Positions 1 to 12,894 of a stretch of 34,152 nucleotides of DNA are shown here, in pieces. Source of the stretch: Guillardia theta CCMP2712 (taxonomy: Eukaryota > Protista > Cryptophyta); the NCBI RefSeq assembly GCF_000315625.1, contig NW_005434591.1, positions 1 to 34,152 of the forward strand, given 5' to 3'. Under the pieces are notes generated by a model that saw only the letters and a program-made list of their open reading frames with translations, was not told the origin of the DNA and ran no database searches. The position numbers and the translations under genes were made by a program. Within the stretch, counting starts at the first letter, position 1, and the number at the start of each line of letters is the position of its first letter.

Positions 1-120
1 GCTTCTGCTGCTTGTTACTTGATTGCCGGGTATCGCGTCTAAGGGATTTTATCCCTCCTGCATGCTCCTGCTGCTTGTTGCTTGGGCTGGCGATGCCGGG
101 TCTGCTGACGGTTGCCCACT

Positions 121-883
121 GGATTTACTGGCAGAAGGTAAAAAGTGCCTCAAGCAAAATAAAGCAGGAACAAGCTAACCTCCTGGCACACAGCGCACAG
201 CGAGAAGCTGCACAATCACACACAAAACACAAGCCCGAAAAGAACCAGCACTGCTGGCACCCAGACGTAAATCCTATTGCTTCCCAGACGCGGCATCGCC
301 AGCCCATGCGCGAAGCCGCGCAGACAAGCCTTCTAAGGGTCAGGCAATCAAGCAACAAGCAGCAGGAGCATGCAGGAGGGAGTATAGGATTTACTGGCAG
401 AAGGTAAAAAGTGCCTCAAGCAAAACAAAGCAGGAACAAGCTGAACCGGCAGGCACACAGTCCACAGCGAGAAGCTGCACAAACACACACAAAACACAAG
501 CCCGAAAAGAACCAGCACTGCTGGCACCCAGACGCGGCATCGCCAGCCCAAGCGCGAAGCCGCGCAGACAAGCAGCCTAAGGGTCAAGCAATCAAGCAAC
601 AAGCTATAGGATTTACTGGCAGAAGGTAAAAAGTGCCTCAAGCAAAACAAAGCAGGAACAAGCTGAACCGGCAGGTACACAGTCCACAGCGAGAAGCTGC
701 ACAAACACACACAAAACACAAGCCCGAAAAGAGCCAGCACTGCTGGCACCCAGACGCGGCATCGCCAGCCCAAGCGCGAAGCCGCGCCGACAAGCAGCCG
801 AAGGGTCAAGCAATCAAGCAACAAGCAGCAGGAGCACGCAGGAGGAATAACATCCCTTAGACGCGATACCCGGAGGCAGCCGA
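121..883 (-). repeat. Three head-to-tail copies of the element's 3' terminal segment (121-381, 383-604, 605-883)
   Basis: Direct repeats, each starting at or just before ggatttactggcagaaggtaaaaagtgcctcaag. Confidence 0.9.
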
Positions 884-2538
884 CTGACCACTGTCAGTCG
901 AGACGTCCGCTGCCGCCACAAAGCGGGCGGCCGCGGACGGAGAAAGGGCAGCCGCCGACAAGGAGCCGGCGTTGCCCGGGGGTCCGCCTGGGGCAGCGGA
1001 CGGAGGGAGGCTGGACACAGGAACACGGTACCGCTCGAGGTAGTCCTCCTCGCTAGCCTCCGAGTCAGCGGTAGCCAAGTCAGTGTTAGCCGCCCGTGAC
1101 GGCGGCGACGCCGCGGCAATGCCCAAGGACCGGCGTGACCCGACCGATGCCGGGGAGGAAGCAGGCGAGCTCGGACCAGCAGCAAGCACCCCAGTGGTGT
1201 CGAGCTCTCCGGAGGCACCCGACGTCACAGTGAGGGACGGAGACGCCTCGCCAGCTCCGCGCCGATCGTCGGGGCCACTCGAAGGGTGGCCCCCATCGGA
1301 GTCGGAGACCTCCGGCGAAGACTCCTCGGGCGACTCGACAAAGTCCGAGGAGGAGCTGTCCTCTGGCTCGAGAAGTGCTTGCGCCCGCAAGGNNNNNNNN
1401 NNNNNNNNNNNNNNNNNNNNNNNNNNNNNNNNNNNNNNNNNNNNNNNNNNNNNNNNNNNNNNNNNNNNNNNNNNNNNNNNNNNNNNNNNNNNNNNNNNNN
1501 NNNNNNNNNNNNNNNNNNNNNNNNNNNNNNNNNNNNNNNNNNNNNNNNNNNNNNNNNNNNNNNNNNNNNNNNNNNNNNNNNNNNNNNNNNNNNNGTCAGG
1601 ATGCAGGGTACCGTCCGTCGAGATGGCAAGAGGGATGAACGCTCGAGGAGGAGTAGTCATGGCATATGCAGCGCGATGTTTGCGAATCTTCTCAGACGCT
1701 GCAACATGGAGGGCGTCGAGGTTGACCTCCCCCCACTTGGTCAGGTCGGCAGAGCTACCAATGTAAGGGTGGACCAACGTCACGTCCGCCATCAAGCCCT
1801 CGTACTGCTCGGACCCTCGATCGCGGATTCCAGGAATGTGGATATCGCCCTTCATCTTGCGGCCATGAGGATTGGAGGGTACCTGCCGTCGAGAACGAGG
1901 ATCCCCCACTGTATCGATGACGCTCTGAAGACCAGCTTCGTTCAGCATCGACCGAATCGTACGAGTAAGGTTGTCATGCGCCGTGGGAAGCTTGGAGGAT
2001 CGGCGTTTGCAGGTCTGGAGATGATGTGCAGCAACGGAGGGATCGAGCTCGCGCTGACATCCATCACATTCCGTCGGACACTGGCAGATCGGCATGCCAT
2101 GGAGATAGCAGTCGAGCATCTGAGCATAGCGGTGCGGGAAGGCCTTGAGGGGGTAGTAGCTCGAGACTCGCATCGGAGAGTGGCTCAGGTCACGCTCAGG
2201 AAAATGAGCGAAGATGGTAGACTGCAAGACCCTATCCTGCGACTTGAGCGAGTGTGTCCTGCGGCTGTGCAAGGTGAGGATATCACGCTGCTGATCGGTC
2301 AGCGCAGCGCGAGCATGCACATGGCGAGGGAAGACGCGCATGACAAGAGGGGTCACATTTCGCTGCGCAGGGGGAGGAATGAAGTGCTCATGAGACGAGT
2401 CGACGAGAGCGCGCAAACCAGGGATGTGTACCACAGATGCCGGGGGGCGTCCTGCATCATCAGGCACAGCAGCCGGGGCAGGTGGGATCGCCGCACCATC
2501 TGCAGCCGGTGCAGGAGCCTTGACACGACGGTAGAGGA
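857..2538 (-). CDS. 5'-truncated retroelement ORF: CCHC zinc knuckle + restriction-like endonuclease + acidic Ser/Ala-rich tail (no RT in window)
   Basis: Motifs CDGC-x10-HHLQTC, AHD, KGD, ADVTLVHP, EKIRKH and FIPLAISTDG match the C-terminus of RLE-type (CRE-like) non-LTR elements. The frame is open from the junction at 2538, and the stop (GYRV*) lies inside the terminal repeat. The ORF contains a 202-N gap. Confidence 0.8.
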
Positions 2539-2817
2539 TCGGCTGCCTCCGGGTATCGCGTCTAAGGGATGTTATTCCTCCTGCATGCTCCTGCTGCTTG
2601 TTGCTTGATTGCTTGACCCTTAGGCTGCTTGTCTGCGCGGCTTCGCGCTTGGGCTGGCGGTGCCGCGTCTGGGTGCCAGCAGTGCTGGTTCTTTTCGGGC
2701 TTGTGTTTTGTGTGTGCTTGTGCAGCTTCTCGCTGTGGACTGTGTGCCTGCCGGTTCAGCTTGTTCCTGCTTTGTTTTGCTTGAGGCATTTTTTACCTTC
2801 TGCCAGTAAATCCTATA
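2539..2817 (+). repeat. 279-bp inverted copy of 605-883
   Basis: Reverse complement of 605-883 with a few substitutions. Confidence 0.9.
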
Positions 2818-2923
2818 CTAGCGTCCGCTCGAGGTGTACAATGGATTTACTGGCAGAAGTGCCTCAAGCAAAATAAAGCAGGAACAAGCTAAACCTCCTG
2901 GCACACAGCGCACGAGGTAGTCC

Positions 2924-3543
2924 TCGCTCATTTTCCTGAGCGTGACCTGAGCCACTCTCCGATGCGAGTCTCGAGCTACTACCCCCTCAATGCCTTCCCG
3001 CACCGCTATGCTCAGATGCTCGACTGCTATCTCCATGGCATGCCGATCTGCCAGTGTCCGACGGAATGTGATGGATGTCAGCGCGAGCTCGATCCCTCCG
3101 TTGCTGCACATCATCTCCAGACCTGCAAACGCCGATCCTCCAAGCTTCCCACGGCGCATGACAACCTTACTCGTACGATTCGGTCGATGCTGAACGAAGC
3201 TGGTCTTCAGAGCGTCATCGATACAGTGGGGGATCCTCGTTCTCGACGGCAGGTACCCTCCAATCCTCATGGCCGCAAGATGAAGGGCGATATCCACATC
3301 CCTGGAATCCGCGATCGAGGGTCTGAGCAGTACGAGGGCTTGATGGCGGACGTGACGTTGGTCCACCCTTACATTGGTAGCTCTGCCGACCTGACCAAGT
3401 GGGGGGAGGTCAACCTCGACGCCCTCCATGTTGCAGCGTCTGAGAAGATTCGCAAACATCGCGCTGCATATGCTATGACTACTCCTCCTCGAGCGTTCAT
3501 CCCTCTTGCCATCTCGACGGACGGTACCCTGCATCCTGACACC
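2924..3543 (+). pseudogene. Second fragment of the RLE ORF (truncated at both ends)
   Basis: Near-identical to the reverse complement of 1595-2212; corresponds to ORF 2962..3582. Confidence 0.8.
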
Positions 3544-3646
3544 GCTGTGTGCCTAGGTATAGGATTTACTGGCAGAAGGTAAAAAGTGCCTCAAGCAAAA
3601 CAAAGCAGGAACAAGCTGAACCTCCTGGCACACAGTCCACAGCGAG

Positions 3647-4456
3647 AAGATGAAGGGCGATATCCACATCCCTGGAATCCGCGATCGAGGGTCTGAGCAG
3701 TACGAGGGCTTGATGGCGGACGTGACGTTGGTCCACCCTTACATTGGTAGCTCTGCCGACCTGACCAAGTGGGGGGAGGTCAACCTCGACGCCCTCCATG
3801 TTGCAGCGTCTGAGAAGATTCGCAAACATCGCGCTGCATATGTTTCTGCTATGACTCCTCCTCCTCGAGCGTTCATCCCTCTTGCCATCCGATGATCTCG
3901 ACGGACGGTACCCTGCATCCTGACACCCTCCCGAGTCCGCTTCATCTGGTATCTCGCGGACATCATTGCTCAGCGCTCGATGCCTCTTGAGGATGCGGCG
4001 TTTGGTCGGCACTTCGTGCCTGATGACGGCCCTGCTGCTGAGGTCTTGGCTCGCAAACGCGCCGCCACCTATCAGCGCCTCACTATGCAGCTGACGCTGG
4101 AGGCGCTCTTGTCTGGTGCGAGGCGCATGACGCCCTTGCGGGCGCAAGCACTTCTGCAGCGGACTCAGGGATGCTGGGCACAGGAGCACGGTACCGTCTT
4201 CCTCACTAGCCTCCGGGCCGAGTCAGCGGAAGCCGAGACAAACACCACCCGTGACGGCGGCGACGCCGCCGGCATCAATGCCCAGGGACCGGGGCTGGGC
4301 GGCATCGGAGGCAGCTCGGACCACTGGGCCAGCTGCAAGCACCCCATTGGTGTCGAGCTCTCAGGCTCCGGAGGCATCCGACGTCCGATCGGCTCCAGTC
4401 TGGATGTTTCCCCCATGGGAGTCCGAGACTTCCGGGGAAGACTCCTCGGGCTACTC
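3647..4456 (+). pseudogene. Third, frameshifted fragment of the RLE ORF
   Basis: Identical KMKGD...KIRKH segment, then small insertions (near 3842, 3890 and 3931) that break the frame. It continues TLRFIWYLADII...YQRLTMQL, followed by a scrambled and partly inverted tail. Confidence 0.75.
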
Positions 4457-5168
4457 GCTTGTTCCTGCTTTGTTTTGCTTGAGGCACTTTTTACCTTCTG
4501 CCAGTAAGTAAACTTAGTGCCTCAAGCAAAACAAAAAACTCAGGAGATTTACTGGCAGAAGGTAAAAAGTGCCTCCGAAGCAAAACAAAGCAGGAACAAG
4601 CTAAACCCGCTTGCAACAAAGCAGGAGGTTTAGCTTGAACAAAGCAGGAGCCTGTTTAGCTTGTTCCTCCCCTCCCCTGAGAAACGAAATACAAATATCG
4701 TCAATTTGTTCATGAAGAAACGACTTCCACGAAAGACCCCCGGAGAATGGTCTGGCAGCGTCCGCGGCCCGTGACGGTACGCGATCACCGTCACTCCGAG
4801 GCGGCCCTGAATGGCCCGGCGGCCGGCCGCGCCGCTTCCGCGGCGCTGGTACCGGGGAGTCCCGGGCCGGAGCCGCCGGCGCCCGGATCGGCCTGTGACA
4901 CCCGGGCCCCGGATCGGACCGGCGTACCGTGAACCGGTAGTACGGTCGGACTCACCGTTACAACGCGGCCCCGGCGGCTCGGAGCTGAGTCAGCCCGGCT
5001 GGCCCAGTGGCCCTCATCCCGGATCATCGGATAGGATTCAAGTTCGGAACTTGAGTAATACAAGTTGGAATTCTCCCGAAATAGCGCGATGGCGACAAAG
5101 GGGCGTGGGCGTGGGCGTGGGCAAGGGGCAGTGGTAGTGGCAGGAGCAGAGGCAAGCAGAGGTAGGGT

Positions 5169-5306
5169 CCGATCAGGAGCAGAGGTAGGGTCCGATCAGG
5201 AGCAGGGGTGTGGCCCGATCAGGAGCAGAGGCAGCGTCCGATCAGGAGCAGGGGTGTGGCCCGATCAGGAGCAGAGGCAGCGTCCGATCAGGAGCAGAGG
5301 CAGGGG
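5169..5306. repeat. 23-bp-period minisatellite, 6 units, core ccgatcaggagcag
   Basis: Core starts at 5169, 5192, 5215, 5238, 5261 and 5284. Confidence 0.9.
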
Positions 5307-5432
5307 CAGGGGCAGGGTCGGGGAAATTCAGTTGGTGCGATGATGTGAGAGAATTGATGGTATGCAAACGGAAGAGGGAGTGGTGCTTTCATGATTGAGA
5401 GCTGTGCTGAACGGGTTTCAATTCAGAAAGGA

Positions 5433-5742
5433 ATGGGAGTCTTTCAGATACTCGAGGCTACCAAGGTGAGTCGTTGCTCTCCTAGCGCGCCGACCTGTTG
5501 ACTTGTATTCTTAGACTTCCTCGACCTCCCAGCCGAAGAAAGGAGCAGCTACGTCATCGTCTGCTTCCACTCTCTCCGCCATGACTCAGATGGGCCAATT
5601 CAATGGGAAAAGCCCCAAGGATGAGGCGATCCAGTCCATCGAGAATTGGTAGGCGAAGAGTTCTAGGTGTTGCGAATGACTCTTGTTTGACAGGTTCAGC
5701 TCAGAGCTAAAGTCGTTCATGGGAGGTGCTCCCAAGAAGTGA
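5433..5742 (+). CDS. Putative small 3-exon hypothetical protein (~71 aa)
   Basis: Two GT-AG introns of ~45-50 nt join one frame: MGVFQILEATK-TSSTSQPKKG...EAIQSIENW-FSSELKSFMGGAPKK*. Confidence 0.45.
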
Positions 5743-6489
5743 AGGAAGAAGGAGAGAAGTTTCAGAGCACAACGTTGATGGAGGAGATTCTGTTTCATTA
5801 CACGCCGTATGCTTCATCTTGTTTGTCATATGCTTCATCTTGTTTGTCATTCTGTTTCTTTTCGTATCAAGCTTCTGCTACTTTCGTGCGGCGAACTCTT
5901 GAACTACCGTCGAGAAAGAGCGTGAAGAGTTTCTGAGGGAGGATGATTGCGTGGAGTGCTGCACGAATGTTGAATGCCTGCTCTAGCGTTGCTTAACCTG
6001 CTGGCCCTGCTGAGGTTCGGTAGAAAGGATCATCCTGCACGAAAGTTGTCCAGAGCTTCAAGCACCACCTAAGCCGAGTTCCACGGTGTCTGATCACCAT
6101 AGCTCGAGCTTCTCGCGTGATGCTGTTCCAGTCAGTGACTGCCAGCATGCTCAATGCCGCGGCTGCTGCATCATGCTGCTGCCGCCGCATCAAGACTACA
6201 TCAGGTTCACCTCAAAGCGGCTGCTGCATGAAACTTGAGTGACTTGGCCGGGCCCGGAGTTTTTCACTGCCAGGCCGCCTACGGCGCCGTTGACGGAGGC
6301 CGCTGAGCGCTCAGCCCGGCCCGGCCGCTCCTCGCCGCCCCGGGGCCCGCCGCTCCCGGCGGGGCCGCCGGGCCGACCCCCTCACAGAGCCTCGGAGTCC
6401 GATCGGATCAAATCATTTTGCCACGGTTACAAACAGTAACGTTCAAACAATTATCGTCTTCACATTTTCATCCCTATCGGTGCTCGTCC

Positions 6490-9726
<3,237 letters not shown>

Positions 9727-10415
9727 ACTGAAAACTCCTCTCGTCACCCGCCGGCATGCGTACACCTCCATGCTGACAAGAGAGCGAGGGACAGGAACAG
9801 ACGCCAGTCCACGACCTGCTGCAATCCCATCACATCTAGCTCGCTCACTCACAGGTTGTACCTCAAGACTCACTTCCCCAACACGAGGAAGCATTCTTGC
9901 AAGACTAACATCGCGGACGCTTTTGCGATGAGATCTCGTGTCGCTGACTGTGAGGGACCATACTTGTGGGTTGACATCTGACAGCCAGTGAAAACTCTCA
10001 AACATGCCTTGCACCCTTGGAACATCTTGTTCACTCACAAGCATCTTCGACAAGTCGAAATCCAATGGAGATAATCCTTTACATGCAGGCAATCATGGTT
10101 CAGGGAGGGATCGGCTTCATTTGCTGCTTGTGAAATCAATGAAAATATAAGCCTGCAGCAAAACATATCTTCCGAGTCTTACTGTTCACACGGAGATGAT
10201 GATATCGCTTTGCACCATTTCTAGCATACTTAGTTTGAGGCGGAACACTTGTTGCCGAACGCGTTGTTGGTCATCAGATCGCCTGGTACTAGATGGCTTC
10301 AGCAACAAGCGGCGACGTGTCACGCAGACACTACTGGTCTTCAGCCCCACGGCATGGCAGCCGTCAAGCCTCTTTCTGATTGACTATATCTATTTTTCTC
10401 TTGATGGATCGGCAT

Positions 10416-10488
10416 GCCCGGTTAGCTCAGTCGGCAGAGCGCAAGGCTCTTAACCTTGTGGTCGTGGGTTCGAGCCCCACATCGGGCG
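10416..10488 (+). tRNA. tRNA-Lys (anticodon CTT)
   Basis: Acceptor stem gcccggt/atcgggc, D arm tagctcagtcggcagagc, anticodon arm caagg-ctCTTaa-ccttg, T arm gtgggttcgagccccac; T6 Pol III terminator at 10503-10508. Confidence 0.97.
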
Positions 10489-10788
10489 AAGCTCCGACTG
10501 AATTTTTTGTTGGACTCCAATATGAGTACCGCTGAATCGTTTAAAAGGATAGTCTTTAGCTTTAACTTAACTTTGAGTGAAGCCTCTAATGATTCTTTTT
10601 CTTTCTTTTTTGACTCCGGGCAGACCGTGAGACGCCGGTGGTGACCGTCGGACTCTCAGTGACGGGCCGGGCCGCGGCCACTCACTGCGCCGGCCGCCGG
10701 CGGGATGTCGGATTGAGTCCACGGTACTGAGTTGAGTAAAAACTTGGAAAGAGAGGGAAATGTGAATGGGAGGGGAAGAGCGGCGGGA

Positions 10789-10858
10789 GGGGAGAGGGGA
10801 GAGGGGAGAGGGGAGAGGGGAGAGGGGAGAGGGGAGAGGGGAGAGGGGAGAGGGGAGA
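10789..10858. repeat. (GGGGAGA)~10 heptamer tandem repeat
   Basis: Read directly from the sequence. Confidence 0.9.
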
Positions 10859-11223
10859 AGGCGGGGAGGGGAGGAAATGATGGGGAATTAGAAAGGAGTC
10901 GGAAACGAGGAGAATGATGCAAGCCAAGAATTTCTTTTTCTCAACGCAAGGGACAGGAAGTAGGATAAAGTACTGGCAAACAAGGGAATAGCAGACAAGA
11001 ATTGCTTTGAAATGGGAAGAAAGAGCGAGTTTGTTGCGATAGGCTGATGTAAAAAGAGAAGATTTCACTTGTTGTCAGTCAAACCAAGAGGCGCTTCTAG
11101 ACCTTGCTGTGACATCACATTGCTGGCAGCTCATTCCGTGCCTGGGGTGTGAATGACGGACACACTGTAACATCATCCGCTGCTGATGGAGGTTGGTCAT
11201 TCGCTAAGTTGGCCGAAACCAAG

Positions 11224-12619
11224 ATGGATAATACTGGGGATCTTGCTATCTGCAGCTGCCATCTTCGGGGTATACGAGATGACGAAAGCTCTCAACAATT
11301 CATGAACGGCCAAGTCCCTTGTCCGAGACATGACCGTTCTGTGGTGAAGACAAAATAACAACTGGCTGTCAACTCCTGAGAGGATGTGCTTTGGATGGCT
11401 TGTTCATTCACCGGGCAGGATTTCATGTCTGCCATGTGCAGACAGGTATTCTTGGTGCTGAATGTGGGGCTGGTCTTGTCGTCTAATCCACCCTCATTTT
11501 CCAAGAGAGCTCGCGTCTGCGAATGGCATTCGTGCATGAAGCGGCCGAGCTATGGTCCTGAAGGTGGTCCTGCCGTCGCTTGCTCATCGCATCGTCTGGA
11601 GCACTACGTGGATGTCATCAATGTAAGGTGCTCCTATGCCGGCAGTTGCTCGAAGCGAGCTTACTTCGGAGGCGAGGACTGCGGGTGGAGGCCCACCTTC
11701 TGCGGGAGTCACCGACGCGCCTCTGACGTGAACGTTGTGGTTCGGGCAAGCAATCACACTCAGAGAGAGATCAGGTCCTGTAACTGCTCGCAGCGGCAGC
11801 AGCTGTGCGAGTGGACGGGATTGGACGGTCATTCTTGCTGGCGAAGCGCTCGGTATGCGCATACGGGGGGAAGACCCGAGCGATGCAGCATCCATAGGGA
11901 GGAAGGGATGGTGCCTTTCCCGCCTACCTGCACCAGAACAGGATGCAAGCGAAAAGCTATTTTCGCTACCAATGAAGGATCGACCCCCACCGCTTGCTCG
12001 CTGCATCGCAAGGCAGGGGACATTGATCTCGTGCGGCTGACGTGCGTGGTGCAAGGATGCAACCTGTCGGCTTCCTTCGGCAAGTGGTGAGTGATGAAAT
12101 GTTTGAGCGAGAGGTAGCTTCACTGACGTAGACTCAGCAAGTTCCACCCGCTGCATTGCTCGCTCCATCGGGACTACCATGAGCGAGACTTGAGGCATGG
12201 CTGCTGCTCGCACACAGGTTGCTTCAGGTCTCCCACCTACGGCAGCTTGTTCGAGCGACCGCAGCGATGTGCATGCCACAGGACGAAGGAGGACCTGAGC
12301 ATGGCGCAGCACAAGTCCATTCTCTCCTCGTGGGTTGAGACCTTCAACCTGCCCAACACACCCATGAAGAGAAGATGCGGAACCAAACACGACCAAGTCC
12401 CTTGTGAGGAAGCTCAAAAGGTACTCCTCCTCCTTCTCCCCCTCCTCCTCCTTCTCCTCCCATCCTCATCCCGCTAAGGAAAATCGAATTCCCCTCGCCG
12501 GGCCCTCTTCCCTCAGCCGACTCACTCATTTTCAGGCAAGTGGAAGTGAAAATGAACTGCACAAGCCGCGGGGTCTAAGCAAGGTAGCGAGGAGGGGAGG
12601 GGGAAGGGGGAGGGGGTAG
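11224..12619 (+). CDS. EsV-1-7-type cysteine-rich repeat protein (spliced; ends approximate)
   Basis: About six repeats of C-x4/5-C-x3-[PA]-x-[YF]G...C-x2-H-[RK]...D, e.g. CEWHSCMKRPSYG...ACSSHRLEHYVDV. Confidence 0.75.
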
Positions 12620-12894
12620 GAGAATTTCCGTTTCCCACTCATGCCCGTGGCAGCTCATTGCTCGCTACCCCAACGTGGCTCCTGAGACTCTGAGGAGCAT
12701 GCTTTGTGTGTGGCCCTCCATGTACCAGCAGGCAGAGGCTTCTCCTCTCGTCGTCTCCTCCAAGTCTCTGGGCCATCGCCCGATGAAGATTGAAATCCGT
12801 AGGAACTACACCTCCTCCTCTTTCTCGACATCTTCCAGCTAACCTTGTATGTCATGAACCCTTTAAAGTGAATTGCCCATCCTCTCAGCTCGTT

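Larger units (their letters stand above)
1..4670. mobile_element. Cluster of nested, truncated, tandem and inverted copies of an RLE-encoding (CRE-like) non-LTR retroelement
   Basis: The same terminal segment (ending cttctgccagtaaatcctata, sometimes shortened) occurs at about 121, 383, 605, 2843, 3558 and 4546 on the minus strand, and ends at 2817 and 4507 on the plus strand. Three copies of the endonuclease-coding body lie at 884-2538 (-), 2924-3543 (+) and 3647-4456 (+). Confidence 0.85.

Noticed and set aside
12-860. Repeated short ORFs (MPQAKQ..., MLLDCL...)
   Set aside because: They are translations of the repeated 3' UTR segment from non-ATG starts, with no recognisable domain.
121-883. 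Hammerhead ribozyme as in Penelope pseudo-LTRs
   Set aside because: No CUGAnGA...GAAA core was seen in the terminal segment by eye.
1286-2608. 440-aa ORF antisense to the RLE
   Set aside because: Shadow ORF on GC-rich coding DNA, inflated by the N gap.
605-2817. Classical TIR DNA transposon or DIRS element
   Set aside because: No transposase or tyrosine recombinase; the ORF stop is within the repeat and the inverted caps vary in length.
5169-5306. CRISPR-like constant core with variable spacers
   Set aside because: The core is 14 bp, the spacers are 9 bp and recur, the context is eukaryotic and no cas genes are present; it is a minisatellite.
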